Shown in pieces: positions 36,900-46,700 of a stretch of DNA of 64,000 nucleotides. Origin of the DNA: Opitutaceae bacterium (GTDB taxonomy: Bacteria > Verrucomicrobiota > Verrucomicrobiia > Opitutales > Opitutaceae); NCBI GenBank assembly GCA_025355125.1, contig JANXLP010000490.1:49-64048 (forward strand), given 5' to 3'. The notes beneath the pieces were generated by a model. The model had not been told where the DNA came from. It searched no databases and saw only the letters and a list, made by a program, of their open reading frames with translations. Position 1 is the stretch's first letter; each line of letters starts with the position of its first letter. Made by a program: the position numbers and the translations under genes.

Positions 36900-37973
36900 A
36901 TGAAACCTGCCCGCCTCCTCCTCACCGCGCTCGCCCTCGGGGCCGCCGTCACCGGCAACGCCCTCGCGGATTCGATCCGTCTCAAGAACGGCTCCGCCCT
37001 CGTCGGCACCGTGACTAAAACCGAAGCCGGAAAAATCTATTTCTCCGACTCCATTCTCGGCGAGCTCGTCCTCAACGAGGCCGATGTCACCGTCTCCAAG
37101 TCCGGCCCCACCGTCGCGCCCACGCCTGCTGAAGCCGCCCCCTCTGCGCCCACCGCCGGCCCCGCCATCTCCGTCGCCGCCTCCGCCGGCTCCGCCAATT
37201 TCCAAGGCCAGGCCAAAGACCCCAACAAGCCCGTCTGGACGAATTCCTTCAGCGTCGGCGGCAGCTACAACTCCGCCATCTTCGAGCAGGGCCAGTTGAA
37301 AAATGCCCCCGCCGGCGTCACCGGCGCAGCCCTCAAGCTCCCCGGCCGCACCTACGGCGTCCAAGCCTCGCTCAGCTTCATGCGCACCACGCAGAACGAC
37401 GCGCACTCCCTCGACTTCGCGCAGACCATCTCCGACTCCCAGCCCAACGGCAAAATCGCCGACAATTTCTCCAGCGTCTTCGCCTGGAATCATAAGCTGA
37501 CCGAACGCACCTACACCGTCAGCCGCACCTCCTACTCGATCGATAACGTCAAAAACATCGACTACTCCGCGATCCAGCTCTTCGGCTACGGCTACAAGGT
37601 CACCAACACCCAGCAGGCCAAGTTCGACGTCATCCCCGGCCTCCTCCTGATGCGCGAGAAGAAGGGCAACAAATACGACGACGAGACCATCGTCGGCGCC
37701 GGCTTCGCCGAGAGTTTCCTCTACCACTTCAACCCCTACGCCAGCTTCGAACAAAAGATGCTCTACCGCCGCAGCATCAAGGATAGCGACCTCTACGTCT
37801 TCGACGCCTACATCGGCTTCAAAGGCATGCTCTCCGCCAACCTCGGCCTCACGGTCGGCGTCAGCTACGTTTACGACAACACCCTCGGGCCACTCCCCGC
37901 CCCCTACTCCTTCGTCATCGCCCAAAAGAAGGATCTGATCCAGACGACCTACGGCCTGCAGTATAAGTTCTGA
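36900..37973 (+). CDS. Outer-membrane beta-barrel protein, DUF481/YdiY-like
   Basis: 357 aa. Signal peptide MKPARLLLTALALGAAVTGNALA, alternating beta-strand pattern, and a C-terminal ...YGLQYKF with terminal Phe. Confidence 0.65.
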   Translation: MKPARLLLTALALGAAVTGNALADSIRLKNGSALVGTVTKTEAGKIYFSDSILGELVLNEADVTVSKSGPTVAPTPAEAAPSAPTAGPAISVAASAGSANFQGQAKDPNKPVWTNSFSVGGSYNSAIFEQGQLKNAPAGVTGAALKLPGRTYGVQASLSFMRTTQNDAHSLDFAQTISDSQPNGKIADNFSSVFAWNHKLTERTYTVSRTSYSIDNVKNIDYSAIQLFGYGYKVTNTQQAKFDVIPGLLLMREKKGNKYDDETIVGAGFAESFLYHFNPYASFEQKMLYRRSIKDSDLYVFDAYIGFKGMLSANLGLTVGVSYVYDNTLGPLPAPYSFVIAQKKDLIQTTYGLQYKF

Positions 37974-38020
37974 TCTGGGTTAACCCTCCTCAACGTCGCG
38001 CCCACCGCGCGACCCACCCA

Positions 38021-38050
38021 GGCGCGCCGCACAACCGGCGCGCCTTTTTT
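38021..38050 (+). terminator. Rho-independent terminator
   Basis: ggcgcgccg (38021-38029) pairs with cggcgcgcc (38036-38044). 6-nt loop, then tttttt. Confidence 0.75.
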
Positions 38051-38118
38051 ATGCCCGTCATCGTAGCCAGGGTCGCCGCCCCCGGTTCATACCAACGTCA
38101 GCTGATTTTTTGACTTAT

Positions 38119-38145
38119 GGTAGCTGCGAGCGTGAGCGAGTGGTC
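38119..38145. repeat. Direct repeat, copy A
   Basis: ggtagctgcgagcgtgagcgagtggtc; 24 of 27 positions match copy B, which lies 106 bp downstream. Confidence 0.5.
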
Positions 38146-38224
38146 GTTCAACTATCGTCCAGATATCACCAGACGTTGGTATCACATCCCTCCGTATAGC
38201 GCCGGCGCTCGCCGAAGCCTTTCA

Positions 38225-38251
38225 GGTAGCCGCGAGCGCCAGCGAGTGGTC
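38225..38251. repeat. Direct repeat, copy B, overlapping a 9-bp-stem hairpin
   Basis: ggtagccgcgagcgccagcgagtggtc. Hairpin: ggcgctcgc (38204-38212) pairs with gcgagcgcc (38232-38240), 19-nt loop. Confidence 0.5.
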
Positions 38252-38310
38252 CGCCCGCCAGTTCTCAGCGTCCCTCCAACCCGCGCCCGAAACCGTCCCC
38301 ATCGTCGCCC

Positions 38311-40305
38311 TCACCCCGCCGCCAACACCACCATCCGATTCCCCCACAACTCCCGCAGCTCAGGCAACAACGCGACCGTCGCCGCGCCGTCCAATCCCGC
38401 CGCCGCGCCCAACGCCGCCAAGGTCGTCTTGCCATTCGCCGCGCCAAGTAAGCGATAAAGCTCAGCCGAGAGTTTCGCAGTCTTCCCGTGATGATAGGTG
38501 AACCGCGCTTCACGCACCCACGCTTGCTCCGTCGCGCTCACCCAGCGGCGCTCTTCCACGAGGGCCACGCTCGCCGGCAACGCTACGCGCAAGGCCAGCC
38601 ACGCTTCCGGCGTCGGCTCGCGCTTCAGCACGAGCCAGTCACCCACCGCCAGTGCGTTCAAATCCGTCGTGAGAAAACACACGATGCTATCCAACACCGA
38701 CTCCACGATGGGCTCGGCGTGATTGTTGAACGACGTGTTGAGCAGCATCGGCACGCCCGTCCGCTCGCCAAACGCCCGGATCAATTCCCAGTAGCGAGGG
38801 TTCATCGCACGCGTGACCGTCTGCACGCGCGCCGTGCCGTCCACGTGCGTGATCGCGCCCAACAGCGCCCGACACTCCGGCCGCACATCGAGGATCACGC
38901 TCATCGAGGGAAATTCCTTCTCTGTCGCCGTGGTCACAAAATAATCGTCCACCTTTTCCGCGAGCACCGAGGGCGCAAAAGGCCGGTAGGATTCCCGCTT
39001 TTTGACCATGCGGTTGATGATGTCCTTGTTCTCCGCCGGACGTGGATCGGCCAAAATGCTACGGTTGCCGAGCGCGCGCGGACCAAACTCCGAACGTCCC
39101 TGCACCCAGCCAATCGCCTTACCCGCCGCGAGCAGATCCGCCGCGCGCGATCCAATGTCGTCGCAGCGTTCCGCCGTCACAAAACCACTCCATGCCTGCA
39201 ACTCACGGCCGATCTCCTCCGTCGTGCCCGGCTCAGTGCCCCAATAAACATCCGTCAGCGCTTCCACCGGAGAGTTCGGTGCGAGCGCCAGTTGCACCGC
39301 CAACGCGGCGCCGATCGCGCAGCCCGCATCATGTGCCGCCGGCTGCACAAATATTTTCTCGAACAACCCCGAGTAGAGCAGCCGCCCGTTCATCGAGCAG
39401 TTGTGCGTCACGCCGCCGACGAGACAGAGATTTTTATGACCCGTCGTGCGCTGCCAGTGCGTGAGCAGATGAAGCGCGATCTTCTCCACCGTCTCCTGCA
39501 ACGCCGCCGCGATGTGTTGGTGAATCTCAGAAAACGCCTCGCCCTTCCGCCGCGGTTTCGCGACGCGAAAAAGCGCCGTGAGTCGGTCGAGGTGCAGCGT
39601 GTAATCGCCGGCGGGCTTCAGCTCGTAAAAGGTCTTGAACAGCTCGCGATACTTCGCCGCATCGCCGTAGGGCGCCATGCCCATGACCTTGTATTCGTCG
39701 AACATCTCGTAGCCCAAAAACCGGATCACCTCGCGATAGAGCGCGCCGAGCGAGTCCGACTCCGCAAAACGCTTCAGCGGCTTCAGCTCCCGGCCGCGCC
39801 CGTCGTAAATCACGACCGCAATACTTTCGCCCTGGCCATCGATGCTCGCCACGAGGGCCGCATCGAAGCCCGACATCGCATAGGCACTCACCGCGTGGCA
39901 CGTGTGGTGATCCACGAAATAAATCTTCGCCGGATCGATCTCCTCGCCCGTCGCCGTGCGCACGAGTCGCTGCACATAACCGCGGGGCGTCATCAGCTCG
40001 CGCTGACCAAAATCCGCGAGGTGCAGCATCTGCAGCACGCGCTGCACGTAAGGCTCCGTCGCGTAGAACGCCACCGCGTCCAACTGCGTCGCCTTGATCC
40101 CCGCCTGCTCGAGACAGAAACGAATCGCGCCGTGCGGAGCCTTGTTCGTGTGCTTGATGCGATTGAGCCGCTCTTCTTCGATCGCCGCCAGCACGCGACC
40201 GTCGCGCACGAGCACCGCGGCTGCGTCGTGGATGTTGTCGAAACGCACTGCAAACTCGTTCGCATGCGTGGGGTCAAGGCCACCCGTAAGCCCGAGGACG
40301 GTCAT
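38311..40305 (-). CDS. NodU/CmcH-family carbamoyltransferase with a C-terminal extension of about 100 aa
   Basis: Track ORF is 38311..40341; ATG 40305 (MTVLGLTGG) overlaps the upstream stop (ATGA). HDAAAVLVRDGRVLAAIEEERLNRIKH, LLNTSFNNHAEPIV. Confidence 0.85.
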   Translation of the reverse strand: MTVLGLTGGLDPTHANEFAVRFDNIHDAAAVLVRDGRVLAAIEEERLNRIKHTNKAPHGAIRFCLEQAGIKATQLDAVAFYATEPYVQRVLQMLHLADFGQRELMTPRGYVQRLVRTATGEEIDPAKIYFVDHHTCHAVSAYAMSGFDAALVASIDGQGESIAVVIYDGRGRELKPLKRFAESDSLGALYREVIRFLGYEMFDEYKVMGMAPYGDAAKYRELFKTFYELKPAGDYTLHLDRLTALFRVAKPRRKGEAFSEIHQHIAAALQETVEKIALHLLTHWQRTTGHKNLCLVGGVTHNCSMNGRLLYSGLFEKIFVQPAAHDAGCAIGAALAVQLALAPNSPVEALTDVYWGTEPGTTEEIGRELQAWSGFVTAERCDDIGSRAADLLAAGKAIGWVQGRSEFGPRALGNRSILADPRPAENKDIINRMVKKRESYRPFAPSVLAEKVDDYFVTTATEKEFPSMSVILDVRPECRALLGAITHVDGTARVQTVTRAMNPRYWELIRAFGERTGVPMLLNTSFNNHAEPIVESVLDSIVCFLTTDLNALAVGDWLVLKREPTPEAWLALRVALPASVALVEERRWVSATEQAWVREARFTYHHGKTAKLSAELYRLLGAANGKTTLAALGAAAGLDGAATVALLPELRELWGNRMVVLAAG

Positions 40306-40730
40306 GGCGCGGTCGCGGCCGGTCCCGCACTCTTCAGCCACGCCGCGAAATTAGCCGGCAACGCTTTCCGCTCCAGCGTTTGAATATCGATCGCCGTGTG
40401 ATCAGTGCGTGCGATCCCCACGAGCTTCTCCGTCGCGCCGAGGTGCACGATCCGATAGGAGAGGCCGAAGGCATTGTCGCCCACCGCCGTCGCCGTCAGC
40501 TCGATCCGCGCGCGATCACCGCTCTGCAACGGCCCGAGATACTGCGCCTGCACTTTCATGATCGGGATCAAGAGTCGGTTCTCGCCGAAAAATTTCCGCA
40601 GCTCGATGCCTGCGCCAAGGAGACTGGCCTCATACGCCTCGTGACAGAGCACGAGGTAGTTGGCGAAAAACAGAAACCCCGCGCCGTCCACATCGGCGAA
40701 TCGGATCGTGCGTTCGTAGGTCGTGCTCAT
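40302..40730 (-). CDS. Hotdog-fold thioesterase (4HBT/YbgC-like)
   Basis: 142 aa. TIRFADVDGAGFLFFANYLVLCHEAYE is typical of 4-hydroxybenzoyl-CoA-thioesterase-type hotdog proteins. It lies directly downstream of the last PKS gene. Confidence 0.7.
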   Translation of the reverse strand: MSTTYERTIRFADVDGAGFLFFANYLVLCHEAYEASLLGAGIELRKFFGENRLLIPIMKVQAQYLGPLQSGDRARIELTATAVGDNAFGLSYRIVHLGATEKLVGIARTDHTAIDIQTLERKALPANFAAWLKSAGPAATAP

Positions 40731-40758
40731 GGTGAAATCACTTTCGTGTGCGCTGCGT

Positions 40759-43700
40759 TTATTTCTTCGCCGCTTCGAGCGCCTGCGCGAGCGCTTCGAT
40801 GGTCGGGCCTTCGTAGAGCGCGGACGACGAGAGAGCGACCGCGAAGTCTTTCTTTACCCGCGAGAGCACTTGCACGCCGATCAGCGAGTCGCCGCCCAGC
40901 TCGAAAAAGTTGTCTTGCACGCCGATTTGTTCGATGCCGAGCAACCCTTGCCAGATATCCGCCAGCTTCGTCTCCGCCGGCGTGCGCGGAGCGAGGTAGG
41001 TGTTGCCGAGCGAGGGTCGTGGATAGAGTTTGCGCGCCGAGGGTTTTGGCGCCGACGACACTCCCGCGGGCGCCGCCGCCTGTGAATGTCCGCGCACGTG
41101 GTCGATGATCGGCTGCAGCGGACGTGGTGACACCACCATCTGCGCCGCTCCCGCCGCCATGATGCGCTCCAGCGCCGCGATGCCTTCGCTTGGGCTGATC
41201 GAGTCCGCCGTCGCGCTACCCTTCGCCTCGGTTCGCGCACCCGCTGCGATTCGCACCGCCCGCGCCGGCGGCGTGATCGTGAGCACGAGTTTACCGATAT
41301 GCCGTGCGCCCGCCATCGTCTGAAACGCCGTCGCGACTTCGTTGATGGCAAACACTTCCTTCGGCAACGGCTTGAACTGACCCGTGCGGAAACAGCCCAT
41401 GATCTCGTCGAGCATCGCCCGCACAAACTCCGGCCGGTTCAACATCAACGGCCCGAGCTCGATCGCCACGAACGAGAGGTTGTTCGCAAACGGCCGCAGC
41501 CCGAGCTGGCTGTTTTGGTAAATGTCGCGCGCGCCGATCTCGATAAATCGCCCAAACGGCGCGAGCACGCCGAGACCCTTCGGGATGAATTCACCCGCGA
41601 GCGAGTTCAGCACCACATCGACGCCTTTGCCTTCCGTGGCTTTCATCACGTCTTCGGCAAAGCCGAGCGAGCGCGAGTCGAACACATGCTTCACGCCGAG
41701 TGATTTCACATACTCGCGTTTCGCCGCGCTGCCCGCCGTCGCGTAGATCTCCGCCCCGGCGCGTTGCGCGCACTGGATTGCCGCCAAACCCACGCCGCCC
41801 GCGGCCGCATGGATGAGCACCTTCTCGCCACGCGTGAGCCGCGCCTGCACCTGCAACGCGTAATGCGCCGTCAGGAACACGAGGGGAATCGTCGCCGCGT
41901 CCTCGAAGCCCACGCCGTCCGCCAGCGGAGCCGCCGCCGCCGCCGGCACCGTCAGAAAGCCGCTGAAACATTTCGAACCCATCACGATCACGCGGTCGCC
42001 CGGCGCGAAGTCCTTCACTCCCGCGCCCGCGCGCACGACCACGCCCGCACCTTCGCCACCGAAGCCGATGGCCAGACCCGCGTCGTGATCCGACGACAAC
42101 ATGCCTAACCCGCGCAGCACGTCTTTGAAGTTCAATCCCGCCGCGTGCATCTGCACTTCGATCTGGCCCGGTCCCGGCTCCGTCCGCACAGAGGCTACTG
42201 GCGCGAGCGTGTCGAGCTCGCCGAGCGTCGCCATATTGACTTGGAAATTTTCCGCGCCCGGCAGGAACGGAAACATGTCCCCATCGCCCGCCGCCGCCGC
42301 GACGCTGCGTGCCTCCACCTTTTTCAGCACGTAGTCTTCCATCACCACGAGCTCGCGACCGGCTTCATCACAGATGAGCACCTCGAAATTCGCCGTGGGC
42401 TTACCCGTCATCAGGTCGTCGTATTGTTTGATGTAACTCCGGATGCGCGCCGGCAGCGGCCCGTAAACGCGCACGGTCCCATGTGAAAACGGAATGTAGA
42501 CACTCGCCGTCTTGAACGGGAAAAATGCCGTGAGATCGATCATGCCGGGATGCAGCGGGTGATCCACGAGATCGCCCACGTAAGCATCGCCCAGCCGCTG
42601 CGCCGCCATGCCCTCGCGGTCACCGAGCCGCACCCACTCCGGCGTCATCCACCGCGCGCCCATGCGCAGGTGATCCGCCTGACGCAGCAGTTCGCCCGGC
42701 ACGATTTTATCCGGCGCGCCGACTTCATGATATTCCACCGTGCAACGCGCCGCCATCGCCGCGAGATCGTGCGTGCGCTGCGGCTTGTCCGTGCCCGTCG
42801 CGATGTGGCCGCGCGCGTGTTCCAACCACACGTCATCACCCGCCACCTGACTCTTGATCGTGAAATCATAACCATCACCCGCCGTCGTCAGCACCGTGTG
42901 CAACTCGCGCGTTTGCCCGGGTTCGACCGAGAACGTCGCCAAGATAAACACGTCCGAAAACGCATACGTCTCCGCCGCCGCGTGCCGCGCAAACGCCGCG
43001 CGCGCGATCTCCAGATACGCCGTGCCGGGCAGCGTCGGTTTGCCGTAGAGTTCGTGATCCGTGATGAGCCACGGCCCCTGATCGCCATACGTGCCGACGT
43101 AGTGAATCTCGTCGCCCTTCGCGCGCATGCGCTGGAAGAGCGGATGCTCCACGGGCTTGAACTCCGCCGCGAGCTTCGCCGCGGCCGCCGCCTTGGGCCG
43201 CGCGATCGTCTCGACCGCCATGCCCACTTCCGACCACGCATCCCAGTTGATCGAGATCGTCGGCGCGCCACCCGCGAGCGTCGCCGCCCGCGCCATCACA
43301 TCGAGACCCGAGTTGGCACCGCAATAATCCACCTGGCCGAACCCGCCCACCACCGCCGCAATCGACGAATAGTGCACCGTGAAATCCGGCGGCGAATCTT
43401 TCAGCACCGCCTCAAGCACGAGCGCACCCTTGATCTTCGCCTCGATCACCGCCGCCGCGGTTTTCTTTTCCTTGAGCTGCATCACGCCGTCGCCCGCCAC
43501 GCCCGCGGCGTGCATGACACCGTCGATCCGGCCGAAACGCTTGCGCGCCTCCGCCACCGCCGCGCCCATCGCCGCCACGTCCGCCGTGTCCGCCGTCGTC
43601 AGTAACACTTCCGCGCCGAGCTGCTCCAGTTGTTGCACGCTCGCGATGCGACGGCTCACGCGATCATCCGTGCCGTGTTTTTGCATCCACGCCGTCCACT

Positions 43701-46700
43701 CCGCTTTCGGCGGTAGCGCCGAGCGGTTCGTCAACACGAGCCGCGCCTTCACCGTGCGCGCCAGCCACTCGGCCACCTTTAGACCGATGCCGCCGAGGCC
43801 ACCGGTGATTAGATAAACTCCATTCGTCCTGAGCAACGGCAACGCCGCGCCCGGCGCCGGCAAACGCTGCGCCTCGAATTGCTGCGCGTAACGCTGCGCT
43901 CCGCGCCACGCCACCACGGGCTCGCGCGGCGCCACCGCCAATTCCGCCACAATCGCCGCCGCCATCTCCACCGGCGTGCCCGCCACGTCGATGCCCGTGC
44001 TCGCGATCTCCGGATATTCCTGCGCGATCACTTTGCACGGCCCGATCAACGTCGCGCGATCCGCGCCCTTGATCGCTTCGCCCTTCACGCTCTGCAGCCC
44101 CGTCGTCACCACGCCGAGGTGCAGCGGCTTCGTGAGATTTTCATCGCCCAGCGCCTGCGCCAAAAACAACAGGCTATAGAAACCACGCGTCTGCGTGCGC
44201 TCGAAATTCGCCAGCGCATCGCCGGTCGCCGGCTGCTCGCTCCACGCGTGCACGATCACATCGGGGAAACGCTGTTCGCCACGCAACGTCGTCAGCAGCA
44301 GCGGAAACTCTTCTTTGCTGCCGGGGTTGATCGCGTAATGCGCGTCATCCACCAGCGAGAACGCCGACGCCGTTTCCACCAGCGTCACGCTCTCGCCATC
44401 CGCGCGCAGCCGCGCCGCGAGCGCATCACGCAGCGCCCCCGCATCCGCCAGCACGAGCCACTGGCGTCCGCCCACACTGGTCGCCGCCGGCGCCGCCGCC
44501 TCGCGCCACACCGGCACGTAAAACCAGTCCGTCAGATCCGCCTGCCGCGTAAACGCGACGGGCTTGGCCGCCGCCGTGGTCGCAGGCACCGCAGGCGCGG
44601 GCGCTTTCGCCTGCACCCAATAACGCTGCCGGTCGAAGGGATAGCTCGGCAACGGCACGCGCCGGCGACGTTCGCCCGCCGAGAAACCCGCCCAGTCGAT
44701 CTCCACGCCCGCGATCCAAAGTTTTCCCAGCGCCGCCAGCGCGTGCAGCGCGTCCGACGTTTTTTCCTGCGGATGTGGCAACGAGGTCACCGCCGCGCCC
44801 TGCGCCGCCAGCTCCGTGCGTTGCCGCGCCAGCGTGCTCAGCGTCCGGCCCGGCCCCACTTCGAGGCCGACGCGTTCGCCGTCTTTGAGCAACTCCGCCA
44901 CGCCGTCCGTAAACCGCACCGCGCCGCGCAGGTGCTGCGCCCAATACGCCGGGTCCTTCGCCTGCGCCGGCGTGATCCACGTGCCCGTGAGATTCGATAC
45001 ATACGGCAGCATCGGCGTGCTCCGCTTCACCTTCGCCACCAGCGCCGTGAACTCCGCGAGAATCGGCTCCATCATACTGGAGTGAAACGCGTGCGAGGTC
45101 TGCAACCGCCGCGCTTCCACGCCCCGCGCCTTGAGCGTCTGCTCGAGCGCATCCACCGCCGCCGTCGGCCCGGAGGCCACGCACGCCGCCGGCGCATTCA
45201 CCGCCGCCAGCGAAAGTTCTCCGCCCAGCAGCGGCGTCAATTCCGCTTCGCTCAACGGCACCGCGAGCATCGCACCCGCCGGCAGGCTCTGCATCAGACG
45301 GCCCCGCGCCGCCACCAGCGCGAGCGCGTCGTCCACCGAAAACACGCCCGCCAGCGTCGCCGCGACATACTCGCCGATGCTATGGCCGATCATCGCCGCG
45401 GGTTGCACGCCCCAGCTTTTCCAGAGTTGCGCGAGCGCATACTCGACCACGAACAGCGCCGGCTGCGTCAGCGCCGTCTGCTTGAGTTGCTCCGCCGCCG
45501 CCACCGCGCCGGCCGCCGCCGGATAGATCACCGTGCGCAAATCCAAACCCACCTGCGCGCGCAAGGTCTCCGCACAGCGATCCACCGCCGCCCGGAACAC
45601 CGGCTCGTTCTCGTAAAGTTCGCGCCCCATCCCGACGTATTGCGCGCCCTGCCCCGGGAACATGAACGCCACCTGCCGCTTCGACGCCACCGGCGCACCC
45701 GCATGGCCCAGGCCGCTCTTCTTGCCTTCCAGCGCCGCCACGATTTCCGCCGCGTCACGACCCACCGCGATCCGTCGCTGGCCGAAAACTTTCCGCCCGT
45801 TCTGCAACGTGAACGCCACGTCGGCGAGATTCGCCGCGGGGTTCTGATTCAAAAATTTCACCAACTGATCCGTCGCAATGCCCAAGCCGCTCTCCGAGCG
45901 CGCCGACAACACCACGATCTGCGCCGCCCGCGAGGGGCCCGACGGCTCGACCACGGGTGGTTGCTCCACGATGGCGTGCGCGTTCGTGCCGCCGACGCCG
46001 AGCGAGCAGATCAATCCACGCCGGGGCGTGCCGTTGGTGGTTTCCCACGGACGCAACACCGTGTTCACAAAAAACGGGCTGCTCTCAAAATCGATCTTCG
46101 GGTTCGGATTCTCGAAATGCAGCGAGGGCGGGATCACACCTTCGCGCACCGTCAGCGCCGTCTTCATCAAACCCGCCACGCCCGCCGCGCGGTCGAGGTG
46201 GCCGAAATTCGTCTTCGCCGAGCCCAGCGCGCAATACTGCCGCTGGGTCGCACCGCCCGCCACAAACGCCTGCGTCAGCGCCGTCACTTCGATCGGATCG
46301 CCAATCAACGTCGCCGTGCCGTGCGCTTCCACGAAACCGATCGTCTCCGGACTCACGCCCGCGCGCGCGATCGCCGCCGAGATCGACTCGATCTGACCTT
46401 GCACGCTGGGCGCGGTGTAGCCGGCCTTGATCGCGCCGTCGTTGTTGATCGCCGAACCGCGGATCACCGCGTGGATCGTGTCGCCATCCGCCAGCGCGCG
46501 GTCGAGCCGCTTCAACACCACCACGCCCACGCCATTTCCGAAAACTGTGCCGCTCGCCGCCGCGTCAAATGTCCGGCAGTGCCCGTCGCGCGACTTGATG
46601 CCGCCTTCCTCGTAGGAATAACCCGACACCGGCTCGTTGTTCAGCGACACACCGCCGGCCAGCACCATTTCGCAATCGCCCGTGATCAGACTCTGACAGC

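Noticed and set aside
38119-38251. Direct repeats considered as a CRISPR array
   Set aside because: There are only two clear copies, they are imperfect and spaced 106 bp apart, and no cas genes are present.
38117-38458. 113-aa ORF in the intergenic repeat region, considered as a possible small protein or RiPP precursor
   Set aside because: It is low-complexity and Arg/Pro-rich, runs antisense into the carbamoyltransferase gene, has no RBS and has no adjacent maturation enzymes.
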